Assembly: GCF_009914755.1 (NCBI RefSeq)
Contig: NC_060937.1
Reading direction: 5' to 3' (one strand)
DNA: 64,000 nt
From: the human T2T-CHM13v2.0 reference genome, Homo sapiens
Part shown: positions 1 to 14,700 of the stretch, piece by piece
Layout of the letters: each line of letters begins with the position of its first letter
How positions within the stretch are numbered: the first letter of the stretch is position 1
Program-made: the position numbers and the translations under genes
Notes under the pieces: model-generated
What the model was told of the DNA's origin: nothing
Seen by the model: only the letters and a program-made list of their open reading frames with translations
Database searches by the model: none

Positions 1-606
1 TAAGTGCAGTTCTGTATTACTTCATTTGTGAATGAATTTTACCAATCTTAATATATGCCTCTCTTCTTTCTCTCCGTATTTTGAAATTTCACCCATCATT
101 GATGACTCTACCACACATTACTCTTTTTAATTCAATGAGGTAATAGCTAAAGGATTAAAAATGAACATAGCAAGACTCCACATGTTATCCTAGACTTAAT
201 TTTCTGACACAAATTAGCAATAATTATTCCACAATTTATAATCTAGTTCCCCTGAAAAATGGACATTAATCAGTTATTTATTTGAAACATGGTATTTAAT
301 TTTTCTCTGGAAACGAGGTTTTAGATGTTTGTAATGAAATTTTTCGGCCTGTGAAAAAAACTTAATGAATCAAGTTTATATACATTTCTTTACTCCTAAA
401 CCTAATCCCCAAGTTACTGTTTCTGGCAAAATTTACATAAAATCAACTTCAGTTTGTAAACACCCACCTTGCTCGCCCTTGTAATTTTCTGCCTTCTCAT
501 GTTCAAATACCTCCAGTAACTCTTCACCAATCATGGATGTCTTTCCTGCCCCTCAGATAGGGTTAAGTAACTACAGACCCAATGCAGGGCCTCCATACAA
601 TCTGAT

Positions 607-880
<274 letters not shown>

Positions 881-1894
881 CAATAATAATAGAAATACAT
901 TTTAATTCGCCCATGCCTCCAACGTCCTATAAAATAAATTCTTTTAAAAATTTATTTATTGGCTTAAAAATCAATACTACATACAAAACTCACATGCTAT
1001 TGCTTAATGAGCAACTACAGAATTCTCACCTAGATGTTTCCTTAATCAGCCACTGATTAAACACAATCCTTTTATTCCTTCTGTAAAATCTCATTTTGCA
1101 AGGTTTCTTGAGCATTACACTATAATTAACTTGAATCAGGTTTTCCATATTACTTACACCTTTATGATTTATTTCCAGGAGAGGTTTTCACATGACTGGG
1201 AAAACCCTCCACCACCTCCTTCCTTTCACTGATCATGCTAGTCTCTCCTGCCCATGAGACACAGTGAAGTACCCGCACACCTGAGGAAAGCGGCATCCAA
1301 TGAGGTGGTGGGTTTGGGCTGGGTCTAGGCACCAACCTCACATGTGGACAGAGCTCTCGAGTGTGTGGGACAAGTCCATGTTCCATTAGCTCCATTCTTT
1401 TTTTCCCAGGGCTTCACTACTCCTTATTGGCTGCTATCTCCTCCATGTTGCAAATAGGATTCTCTCCTTTCTTGGAACACTATGGTAGGGTCTCAAACTC
1501 AGGAAACCTGAATCCCTTAAAAAATTGCCTACCAGAAATTGAGGGTGACAAATACACTAACAGGAAGAAGCAGCTCTCCTACGAACTGACCTCCTTATAC
1601 AACTCCATCAAAAAAAGGTGCAAAGTTATCTACAAATGCTACAATGAGAAGAATTGGAAACCCTGTTAAAAAACACTCTGTATGGCCATGCAGGCTCCTG
1701 AGAGTAAATTCCACAAATGTCCATCTGTCTCCGTGTTTTGTGTTTCCATTTTGTGCATGGGTTTGTTTGTGTAAATGTGTTGACAAAAGTGTGTATGGAT
1801 GAAGATGGATGGATATATTTGTGTATGTGCTTGGTGTGTGTATAGCTCTATGCACTCTTATGCATACGTGTGTCTTCATGTATTTATAACTCAC

Positions 1895-1948
1895 CTTTCA
1901 CTGATAGGTGACACCCGGGCTGCTCCTTTAAATTCACTTGTGTGTGGG
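1895..1948 (-). CDS. TPTE: TPTE coding exon, 54 nt, (S)PHTSEFKGAARVSPISE(S)
   Basis: Minus strand ag|CCCACACACAAGTGAATTT...ATCAGTGAAAG|gtgagt; translation matches the recalled TPTE N-terminus. Confidence 0.95.
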
Positions 1949-1976
1949 CTAGAGGATGATAAAAGAATACAGTCAG

Positions 1977-2260
<284 letters not shown>

Positions 2261-2656
2261 AAAGAATACAGTCAGATAGGAGACGCGATTCTAAATTTAC
2301 TTTTTTGGAAAATTAGCTTTTATTACTCTAGACAGAAACCAATGAATTCCTATCAGAAATCTGAGTCCCATAAAAAAACTGCTTAGTAGGAACTAAGGGT
2401 GGCAAATACATTACAGGAAGAAGCAAATCTCCTACGACCTGCTCCTTTTTATAGAGCTCCACCAAAGAAGGATGCAAAGTTACTAACAAATGCTACAATG
2501 AGACGAATTGGAAACTCTGTTAAAAAAAAAAAATCTCTATGGCCATGCAGGCTCCTGAGAGTAAATTCCACAAATGTCCACCAGTCTCCTTTCTCTTTGG
2601 TCTATGTTTCCATCATGTGCATGGATTAGTTTGTGTAAGTGTGTTGAAGAGACGTG

Positions 2657-2751
2657 TGGATGGATGGATGAATGGATGGATGGATGAATGGATGGATGGA
2701 TGGATGGATGGATGAATGGATGGATGGATGGATGGATGGATGGATGGATGG
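2657..2751. repeat. (TGGA)n microsatellite
   Basis: Direct tggatgga run with occasional tgaa units. Confidence 0.97.
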
Positions 2752-2833
2752 GGTATACTTGCTCATGTGCCTGTGTGTGTATAGTTCTATGCACACTTAT
2801 GCTGACGGGTGACTTTAACTATTTATTGCTCAC

Positions 2834-2887
2834 CTTTCTTTCGCAGGTGCCTCCTCGGTTGCTCCTTTAAATTCACTTGTCTGTGGA
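2834..2887 (-). CDS. TPTE: TPTE coding exon, 54 nt, (S)[17 protein letters not shown](S)
   Basis: ag|TCCACAGACAAGTGAATTT...GCGAAAGAAAG|gtgagc; matches the TPTE N-terminus. Confidence 0.95.
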
Positions 2888-3790
2888 CTAGTGGATGATA
2901 AGAGAAAACAGTCAGAGAGGAGACATAATTCTGAATTTATATTTTGGAAAAATTACCTTTCATTACTCTAGACAGAAACCAATTAATTTCTGACTATTCA
3001 TGTGTATAGTACTACTGGAACCTGGAATGTCTTTTCCTCTTTATTAGCAATGAGGATTTATATGGCGACAACCAAAATCTTAGGCGGGGGAAAATAGTAA
3101 TGCTTCCCGATTTAAGTAAACCTCTTTATTATGACCTCAGTCCCAATGTGTGACAGACTTTGTGGTGGTAGTTATTTCAAACTCAACTCCAATTTGTAGG
3201 TAGTCAGCCCTCTTATTCCATTCAATGTCCTGCTTAAAAGGCCCTCCATTAGCTCCTTATGTTCACCCAGCATGGTGGTTTCTCATGTCCCACAAAAAGG
3301 GTCAGGTAACTAGAGGTCTGACACAGGGGCACAATCCAATAGGATGGTGATTTTAGGTTTGGAGCACCAGCCTCTGTGGTGGCAGGGTTCTGGAGGGTGG
3401 TGAACACCTCCAAGGCTCATAGCTCTGTTGCTTTCTGCTGAAGGCTTCACAGTTCCCCAAGTACTCCTACCTCCTCCTCACTCCAAACAGGATTCTCTCT
3501 TCCCTGGGCCTACTCTGGTATGTCTGGTACACAGAAAATCTGCTTTTCCAAAGCATTTGCCTGCTACTTACTAAGGGTGACAAGACAGTAACAGATGGAA
3601 GCCTCTCTCTCTAGTCAGTTTCTTTTTTTCTAAACAATGTAAAAATGTGGAAGTTATCTATACATGATACAGGGAGATGATAAAGAACCTGTGTCAAAGA
3701 AACACTGTATTATCAGGAACACATCTGAGAGTTAATCCCACTAATCTCGGTCTCTTTCTCTGTCACTGTTTTGTGTGTGTGTGTGTGCAT

Positions 3791-4092
3791 CTTTTTTTTT
3801 TTTCATTTTTGCAACAGTTTCGCTCCTGCTGCCCAGGGTGGAATGCAGCGGCATGTTCTCAGCTCACTGCAAACTCCACTTCCCCAGGTTCAATCGATTC
3901 TCCTGCCTCAGTCTCCTGAGTAGCTGGGATTAGAGGCACCTGCCACCACACCTGGCTAGTTCTTGTAGTTTTAGTAGAGACAGGGTTTCACGATGTTTGC
4001 CAGCCTGGTCTCGAACACCCGACCTCAGGGTATCGGCCTGCTTCAGCCTCCCAAAGTGCTCAGATTACAGGTGTGAACCATTGCACCTGGTC
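3791..4092 (-). mobile_element. Alu (diverged AluS-like)
   Basis: Reverse-strand Alu consensus led by a T tract. Confidence 0.88.
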
Positions 4093-4116
4093 ATGTGTAC
4101 ATCTTTTATAACTCAC

Positions 4117-4170
4117 CTGTCATTGGGGCCGAGCTCAATGATGACTCCCGCCAGGTCAGTCGGATCAGGA
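4117..4170 (-). CDS. TPTE: TPTE coding exon, 54 nt, (S)[17 protein letters not shown](S)
   Basis: ag|TCCTGATCCGACTGACCTG...CCCAATGACAG|gtgagt; this peptide follows MNES in TPTE as recalled, unlike TPTE2. Confidence 0.95.
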
Positions 4171-5154
4171 CTAAAGGACAAATATGGTCAGAGTCAGACC
4201 CAATGCGTAATTCTAATGTTTTGCAACAAATAGCTACAGTTAGTCTATGTGTCATTCCCCAGTTACACTTTTATTATCCACATGTATGTATATCACTAAA
4301 TTGACCTGGGATGGCATTTGTCTTTTTATTAGAAATGAGGTTTCATATGCCAACAGTGAGCATTTTAGGCTGTGACCATAGCGATGCATGCAGATTAAGT
4401 AAGGGTATCTACACCTCAAGGTGTAACAGCATTTTTGGAGAGCATTTAATTCTAGTTCAAATTTAGTTCCTGAGTCTCCCTTCTTATAATCCCATTTGAG
4501 TTCCTCATTCTCTATCACCTCCAATCACCTCCTCACTTTTCACCCATCCTAGTTGTCTCTCCTGCCCAAGAGTTGCGGCCAAGTAGCTGGAGGCCTCAAG
4601 CAAGGGCTCCATCCCATGTGAGAGTGGGTATGGGCAAAGGCAGTCAGCCTCACATAACGGTAGAGCTCTGGAGGGGGTGAAATAATTCCAGGGTTATTAG
4701 CTCTGTTCTTTGTTTTGGCTGGGATTTCTCTGATCTTTGTCCACTCCTATCTCCTTCTCCCTGCAAGCAGGATTCGCTTCTCCCTTGGTTCATGCTACTA
4801 GGAAAGTCTCATTCTCACAGAAAGGTAATGTGACAAACACTAACATAAAAAGCCTCCCTCTATGAGTTCCTCCCCATTTTCCTACCTCCATCCAAAAAAC
4901 AAAACAATATTGCATACAAAGCTCATTCTGAGAGGACTCTAGAAATAGTTTCAAGGGAACTCCTTGTTCCCATGGATGCCTGTCACACTCAATAGCCCTA
5001 CTCAGTCTCTCTTGTGTGTACGAATGCATGTATGTATGTGTTTGTATATGCATAGACACATGTATAACTGTATTCCTTGGTATCACATGGTGCATTGGCC
5101 AGCCTACTAGAAGGTACTCTCAATTCACACACAGGGCCGTGCCAAAGAAGTTAA

Positions 5155-5552
<398 letters not shown>

Positions 5553-6547
5553 TTCCAACTACTTTTCAACCTGTAAATTGCCTTACCCTTAGAGAAGTCA
5601 TGTGTGTATTTGGTTCTTTGGAATCTGCCATGCCATTTACCCTACACATCATACTTTATATGATTGCAGCACATCTATCTAAGACTCACTGACTCAAGAG
5701 TTCACCAAAACTCTGTACCACTGGAGCTGGCCAATGCACGACAGACAGCCTTTTGTGGGTGAATTTCTTTTAAATTCAACTCCACTGGGTAGGCATTCCT
5801 CCTCCTAATCCCATCTATGGCCCACTTCCTGGATCTCTCCGTCAAGTCTTTCCTTTCACCCATCATGCTAGTCTTTCCTGTCCATGGGACACAGGCAAGT
5901 AGCTGTGGGCCTAAGGAACGGCTGCATCCAATGAGGTGGTGTGCTTGTGTTTATGTTTTAGCACCAACCTCATATGTTGACAGAGCTCTGGAGTGTGAGG
6001 GACAAGTCCATGTTCCATTAGCTCTGTTCTTTTCTGCCCAGGGCTTCACTGCTCCTTGTCAGCTGCTATCTCCTCCATGTTGCAAATAGGATTTTCTCCT
6101 CCTTTCTGTCAATCTGGTAGGCTCTCAAACTCAGGAAATCTGAGTCCTTTAAGAAGCTGCTTACTAGGAACTAACAGTGACAAATACACTAACATAGGAA
6201 GCAGCAGCTCTCTTATGACCTGCTCCTTTTTATATCACTCCGTTAGAAAAGGAAGCAATGTTACCTACAAAGGCTACTAGGAGAAGAATTGGAAATCCTG
6301 TTAAAAACCACTCTCTATGGCCACGCAGGCTTCCCAGAATAAACTCCACAAATGTCCGGCCGTCTGTCTCCTTGTTGTATGTTTCCACTGTATGCATGGA
6401 TTTGTTAGTGGATGTGTTTGAGAGAAGTGTGTACGGATGGATGCATGGATGGATGGATGGATATATTTGTTTATGTGCCTGTGTCTGTGAATACTTCTAT
6501 GCTCAGTTATAATTCGATAAATAAAGACACACGTACGCATAACTCAC

Positions 6548-6601
6548 CTTTCATTCATACGTGCCTCTGGGTTCACTCCTGATAATTCATTTGTGGGTGG
6601 A
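6548..6601 (-). CDS. TPTE: TPTE start-codon exon, 54 nt; coding part 6548-6558 (ATG AAT GAA AG = MNE(S))
   Basis: ag|TCCACCCACAAATGAATTATCAGGAGTGAACCCAGAGGCACGTATGAATGAAAG|gtgagt; joins in frame to the exon at 4117-4170. Confidence 0.93.
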
Positions 6602-7527
6602 CTAGAGGATGACAAAAGAATACAGTCAGACAGGAGACACAATTCAAAATTTACTTTTCTGGTAAAACTAGCTTTCATTAATCTGCACATAAACCAGTTA
6701 AGTTCTGACTATTCATGTGTATAGCACTATTTGGTTCTGAAATGTCATTTTTTAATTAAAAAGGAGGATTTATATGATGGCAACCAACATCTTAGGCTGG
6801 GGAAAATAGTAATGCTTTCAGATTTAAATAAACCTCTTTATTATGACCTCAGTCCCAATGCGTGACAGCCTTTGTGGTGGCAGTTATTTCAAACTAAACT
6901 TTTGTGTGGAGGTAGTCAGCCCTCTTATTCCACTAAATGTGCTGCCTCGAAAGCCCTCCATTACTTCTTCACTTGATTGTCTCTGTTGGTCCACAAGTAC
7001 GGTAAAGTAACTGCAGGTCTGAGTCAAGCACACAATCCAATATGATGGTATTTGGGGTTTTGAGTACCACCCTGTATTGTGGCAGAGTTCTGCAGGGTCA
7101 AAAACATTTCTAGGGTTGTTAGCTTTTTTCTCTTCTCCTGAGGTCTTCACTACTCTCCGTCCCTGCTGTCCTTTCCTGTTTCCAAAGAGGATTCTCTGCT
7201 GTCCTCAGCCATTATAGTAAGGTCTCACATATAGGCAGTCTGAAAATTAGTTTTTATTTTTACTCAAGAGTATCAAACAGACTAGTAAGAAAAATCATTC
7301 TTCTTTTTATGTGGTCATCTTTTATCTAAATTCATTCAAGACATAAAGTCACCTTCATATCCTATAGTGAGATCATGCAGACACATGTGTCAAAGTTTTT
7401 TGTTTTTCCATTAATGCCCTTGAATGGGAACTTCCCTAATCTCAACCTTTATATTTCTCTGCAGTACCTGTGGGTGCATGCCTTGATTTAATATGAATGC
7501 ATATAGGTATATATAAATGGTATATAA

Positions 7528-7885
<358 letters not shown>

Positions 7886-8981
7886 TCTATATTATTTCTG
7901 TCTCACAGTTCACTGACAGCTCCATTCCAGGGTACTGATTTGAATTTAGACTTGGCAGTGCTACAGAATTTAAATATATATATGTATCGTCCAACACCAA
8001 TATGACATTCTGGACTTCACTTTCTGGTTTGAATTACTCACAAGCGATGTTTAGTTCTTTACAATTGAATACAGCACAAACTAAGCATTTGGTGGTTTAC
8101 TTTATTTCAAATTCAGCTGCAGTTTCTATATACAAATCCCCTTGACCCCATCTCATTTCCTGACACTAAAATCCCTTCATGAGTGCCTTGTTTTTGCCAT
8201 TATAGGTGTCTTCTCTGCTCTCACACAGGGTCAAGAAACTGCCCCATACAATGTGATGATGGGTGTGGGCTTGTAGTGTTAGCCTCACATGGTGGTAGAG
8301 CTCTGGGTGTGAGGAACCCTGCCAGGGCCATTAGCTCTGTTTGTTTTCCCTAAGGGCCCCGCTGCTCCCTGTCCACTGCTACTCGCTTGTTGCTCTGCAT
8401 AGGGTTTTCTTCCCTTGGTCCACTCTAGTATGTCTCATACACAGGAAATCTGACTTTCCTAAGTATGTGCCTGCTACTAAGGGTGACAAGACAATAACAA
8501 GAAGTTTCCCTTTTTTGCCCTGTTCCTTTTTTATCCAATTTAATCAAAAAGTTGGATAAGGGGCCTGCAGGGCCTATAGTTAGGAGGTTTATAAACAGTG
8601 TAAAAGACATTCTGTATGGCCATAGATGATCCTGAGCGCAAGCACATAATCTTCATCTTTCTCTCTGTCGATTCTCTCTCTCTTTTCTCTTTCTCTCCCT
8701 TTCTCTCTCTCCCTGTGTTTGTGTGTCTAGATAGACAGAAGTATGTATATCTGCATATATATTTCTTTAAATATTTGTGTATATATATTTTATAATTCAC
8801 ATTTCATTGGTGGTTCTATCATAGGTCATTGATGTCAATTCTGTATGCAGGCTAAAGGAATATAAAAGTAGATAGTTGGACACACATGTAATTCTAAACT
8901 TACTTTTTGAATCAAACAGCTACAGTTACTCTACAATGTACTATCTGGTTGACATTTAAATATTCATGTGTATATCACTAA

Positions 8982-9287
<306 letters not shown>

Positions 9288-10159
9288 GTGGCATTTATTT
9301 CTAATGTAACTGCAGTCTGTAAGGAAACATGCCTCTTACCCCATCTAAATTCTTGATTCCTAAGTCCTTCTGTCACTTCTTTACTTTCACCCATCATGGC
9401 TGTCTTTCTTGCCCAGAAGATATGACCATGTAGCTGTAGGCCTGAGTCAGGAACTCCCTACAAAATGATTGTGGGTTTGGGTTTGGGGCACCAGCCTCAC
9501 ATGGTGGTAGAACGCTAGAAGGTGAGGAACCCATTACGGTTTCATGAACTCTGTTCTTTTTGCTGAGTGCTTCACTCCTCCGTCACCTGTTACCTCCCCA
9601 TTGCTCCAAATAGGATTCTCTCTCCCTTTGGCCCACTCTAGTAGTAGGAGAGTCTCATAAATGGAAAACCTCAGAGGTTCCTAAGGGATTGGATACTACT
9701 AACTTAGAGTGACAAATATACTAAGAGGAAGAAGCATCCCTTTCATGACTTCATCCTCTTTTATCCAATTTGGTCTGAAAAAAAAAATAGAAGGTTATCT
9801 ATAGATCCTACAGTGAGAAGATTTAGACATAGTGTCAAAGATATTCTGTATTTCCAAGGATATGCCTGACAGTGAATTTTACAAATATCAACTTCTCTTT
9901 CTCTTTCATTGTTTTATGTTTCTGTGTGTGTATGTGTATGCATGCGTGTATGTTATGTGTATATATGTATATATACACTTACTTGTATATAAATCCTTGT
10001 TTCTAATTCACATTTCATGGGTGGCTCTATCATAGGTTACTACCATCAACTCAATTGGCTGTGGGCTGGGGAATTATAAAAGCATATTACTCAGATACAA
10101 ACACAATTTGGACTTACACTTTTGGTCAAATAGCTGCAGTTACTCTAGACAAGAGTCTA

Positions 10160-10370
10160 CCTGCCAAGGAATGCCAAAGATTGCCAGCAACCAGAAAAAG
10201 CTAGCAAAGAGGTATCAAACAGATTCTTCCTTATAGCCTTCATAAAAAGCCAACCCTACTGACAACCTCAATTTCAGATTTCTAGTCCCTAGGACTATGA
10301 GATCATTAATTTTTGTTTAAGCCACTTGGTTTGTGATACTTTTTTAAAGCAGCCCTAGAAACTAATATAG
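10160..10370 (+). mobile_element. MLT1-type (ERVL-MaLR) LTR fragment
   Basis: gccaaggaatgccaaagattgccagcaaccag ... tttaagccac ... gcagccctagaaactaata resembles the MLT1 3' half. Confidence 0.7.
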
Positions 10371-11089
10371 CCTAACCTGGTAGAATCTCATACACAGGCA
10401 ATCCAACAGTTTTCTGAAAGTTTTAGCTACTAGTCAACTCAGCTAGGAAGAAGTAGACTTCTTGTGATCTACTTATCTTGTATCCAACTAGACCCAAAAA
10501 GAAAAGGATGTTACATACAGAAGCTGAAACTACCAGTACTTCAGAAACAGTGTCCAAGAAACTCTATAGTTAACATTTGTGTGTATCTTTATGAACATAC
10601 ACACACATAACACCTTTCACTGATGGCTCCATTATAGGCTAGTGATATCATTTCACTTTCACTGAGGACTCCATCATGGTTTAGTGATATCACTTCATTT
10701 GGGTCAGAGCTAAAGAATTAAACTAAATTGTACATAATCAAATACCATGTGAATTTGTAGGCTTAATTTTTATTCAAATTAGCTACAATAACCCTACAAC
10801 TAATAAACTAGCTGTTCTAAAAAAAACAAAACAAACAAAACACATGCAATTTAGCCATTTGGAAACAACAGTGACCATCCCTGCCTGTCTCCATAGACAA
10901 TAACAGCAACTACCCAGGAGTAGTTACAGTAAAATTAGGAGAGCATTAGGCTGGCTGATGAAAACAGGGAAGGGCTGAAGAGCCATCCTTGGGCCTTCAC
11001 TCCTCCACCTGCCTACATCTCCAAAGCCCAGGTTACAAACCAGAGAGACTGTCTCCTCCAATGCTGCTTTGTTCAGGAGCTTCAAGGTG

Positions 11090-11500
11090 ATATAGTTGTT
11101 TAATTAAATGAAATTTTCCCTGAGGTTGCCTCTGTACTTGAGTCCTTATGCAACAAACTGCAAGCTAACCTAGTGTGTAAACTAACAGCACAATTATGAA
11201 TAGAATATACACTTGTAACAGATAGCTGTGTCTCAGTCAATTACAGCAGCTGAGCTTCAGTCAATTGCGGGTGGCTGACTGATTCAAATAAGACAAAACA
11301 TCCAGCTGTAACCAGTTGTAAACAACAAAGCTGTTTCTGGACCTCACTTCCATTTTCTGTCCATAATGCTGTCTGGCCACATTGCCAGCTTGCAGTTCTC
11401 AGAACTTGTTCTCGTTCTAAAAGCTTCCCAACTCACGAATCATTCTTGCACTATTAAACTCTTAAATTTACCTTGTCTAAAGCTTTTCCTTTTCACAACC
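11090..11500 (+). mobile_element. ERV1-class solo LTR (MER57-like)
   Basis: ctgaggttgcctctgtacttgagtcc...aaactgcaagctaacc...; attaaactcttaaattta...tttcaca end motif. Confidence 0.55.
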
Positions 11501-11799
11501 CAGAGGAGTTGCCTGGTCAGTGTTTCATGGTTCCTGAGACTCTCTACCCTGGGGCACATCACTTCTCTTCATTTTAAACTTACTGACAATGACACAGCTT
11601 ACGTCCTAGATTTCAGTGAGACTGACTATATAATTCCTGCCCAAACCAGGACACTTTTGAAAGGAAAAAGTGGGTGCTATTAATAATTATGTTGCAAGAA
11701 CAGCAGCAGACTGAGATTGTCCTTCAGTCCTTCCCCAATACAAATGACCAGAGTAGCCAATAGCCACAAAAAATCTGAGTTCACAAACCAACATGATTA

Positions 11800-14700
11800 G
11801 ATATCTGAGGAATACAACTACTGAAAAAGAAATACAACAAGCTGAACAACAACATACCGACTGTAGCAAAACTACTGGAACACACTGACCAAGATTTTAA
11901 AGTAAGCATGACAAATATTCTTAAGGATAAGAGGACACAAAGGAAGATGTTGAAACATGAAATGAGAATGGGAGTCGTAAGAAAAAATAAAAGAGAAAGC
12001 CTTAACTGTAAAAGTATGACTGTCAAAAAATATAAATTGTTGAGGGATAAATAGTAGTTTGGATACATGTGAAAAGCTAATTAATTTAGAGTTAGAAGAT
12101 TAGATTGAGAAACTTACCCAGAAAATAGTAGAAAAGAATAAAGAGAACATACTAAAGAAGAATGTTATGGAGGATAAAAACAGCTATCTAACATCTAGAA
12201 TATGGAAATCTAAGAAGAAATGAAAACTAAAAATGCAAAATAAAATGTGAAAATTTATGATGATAAATTTCCCAAAATTCAAGAAAGAAGAAATATATCA
12301 GCTTTAAGTATCTAATGGAGACAAAGAGAAAATTCTAACACCTTCTAGAAACAGCAAAAGACCTATGAGGGCACAAGGACAGACCAACATCATAGCTCTC
12401 TGTACCATAAAGAAAGCTTCCACAGGATAAAGTCCACAGGATCAATATCATATTGCTATTCTCTGAATATATTGTAATATGATTAGCTTTTTTTAAAAAA
12501 CCCACATTTGAAACTAAATTACACATTACTGAATGCCTCTTATGTTAAAAGGGAAATCACGAAATATTTTAAATACTAAGAACTGATTGATAATAACATG
12601 ACAAAGTTTGTAGGATACAATGAAGCAATATTTAGAAGAAAATTTACCAATATATAAGCATTAATAAGAAGTCAAGATGGTTAAAAGCAAAGAGTACACA
12701 TTTAAGTAGAGAGGTTGGAAAAGGAACACATGGCAAAGTCTATGGAGTAATAAGGAAGCAAAACATAAGGAGGTAAGCATAAGTCACTGAACTGGAGAAG
12801 AAAAAACCGTGGAGAAGATTAACAAAACAAAAGTGTGTATCTTTGCAAAGATTACTACAATAGACCTGTGGCAATAATAATCAAGAACAAACAGAGTGAA
12901 TATCCAAATAAAATGTACAAGAAGGGAGCATAACTAGAACACAACTAAATTTTTTTAAAATAAGATTATTCAATTATATGCTAATAAATGTGAAAACTTA
13001 GATGGAATGGAAAAATTCCTAGACGGATATAAAACACTAACATTAGTGCAAGAAAATATATTTATATAGAAATAGAATACTCAAGTAACAAAGAAATCAA
13101 CCTAGTATTTAAAGCCCTTCCCTCTCCCAAACACCACAGGGCCCACATAGGTATTTTTCAAAATTTTTTAGAATATTGACATACTTACTACAAAATCTAT
13201 GTCAACATATAAAGGCTCCATTAATAACTTAACTAATCATGCTAATAAAAAAAGGTGTAGGGATGCCATAAGTATCAATGGACCAAAATATTGAGCTCAG
13301 AGATAAACCTATGTGGATATATGTCATTGACAATGATTACATAAACAAGGAAAAAGGATGAACTGTTTCATAGATGGTATTTGGAAAATCAGCCTACCAC
13401 TGGGAGACAAATGAAACCAAATCCCCACCTAACACCATATTGAAGGGTAGACTCTAAGTAGATTAAAGCATTAAATGTGTAAATTAAAACTATGAGGATT
13501 AGAAATTACCTTTGTAGACTGAAAGTGGGAAAATTTCAAACTTCAAAAGTAAAATAATAAGGCAAAAAGTTATTTCATGAAGAGAATGAAGAACAACAAT
13601 GCCAAAGCTAACAGGCAGATGACGGATTAGAGCACATAACTTCAATGTCTCAAACTGATATGAAGGATGATTTGAATACATAAAGCGATAGTCCAAACTT
13701 TTGAATGGGATTCCATGCATCTGAGTCTGTTTAGTGTTGCCATAAGGGATACCTGAGGCTGGGTAATTTATAAAGAAAAGAGGTTTATTTGGCTCACAGT
13801 TGTGTGCTGCACAAGAAGCCTGATGCCAACATCTGCTTCTGAGGCTGCTCCCATTTATGGTGGAAGATGAAGGGGAACTGACACGTGCAGAGATCAAATG
13901 GCAAGAGGGGAATCAAGGTGCGGGAAGCCGCTTGTCTCTTTTTAAACCACCAGCTCTTGCAAGAACTAATAGAGTGAGTACTCACTCACCCTCACTCCAA
14001 GGGAGGGAATTAATCTATTCATCTTCCAAACACCTTCCATTAGGCCCCACCTCCGACATTGGGGATCAAATTTCAACATACGGTTTGGGGGTACAAATCT
14101 CCAAACAATAACACCATGTTTTTAATGTTACTAAAAAGAGTGAATTCTTGCTATATTGTTTACAGATGTAACATAATCACTTTGAAAATTAAACATAATT
14201 TTAAAAGAAATTTGATTAACTTATTCTAAAATATAAAATATTCAAAAACAGCACACGTAAATTAACAAGACAAAGATAGGAACACTAGTGGAAAAACGGG
14301 CTAAGTTCATGAATGGACCATTACAGAAGAAATCCCAAATGCTATAAGAACATAAAATGATGCTCAAATTCATAAGTTATCACATAAATTCAAAGTAAAA
14401 CATAATGCAATATGTTACCATCTATTAGACTGATTATATAAATTGGAAAGTTTGATAATGTCAAGTGTTGTTGTGAATGTGTATGTGTAGGAACCATCAT
14501 GCATTATTCAGGAGATGCAGACTGGTATAACCATTGTGAGAGCAATAGGCAGTATTCAGTCAAATTCAAAATATGCAATCCCATGGCCCATCAAGTCCTG
14601 TTTCATATTCCTACAGAAATACTCAAACAGGTCTATAGGGGTCTGGCATAAGGATAATTATTTAGCGGCACTCTTTGTGAAGGCAAATGGTAGGAAGCAA

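Noticed and set aside
2537-2870. HPSI/MDGW repeat peptides
   Set aside because: Translations of the (TGGA)n microsatellite.
5087-5141. Additional usable cassette exon
   Set aside because: Positionally homologous but 55 nt long, lacks an AG acceptor and the motif is decayed; counted only as a dead unit.
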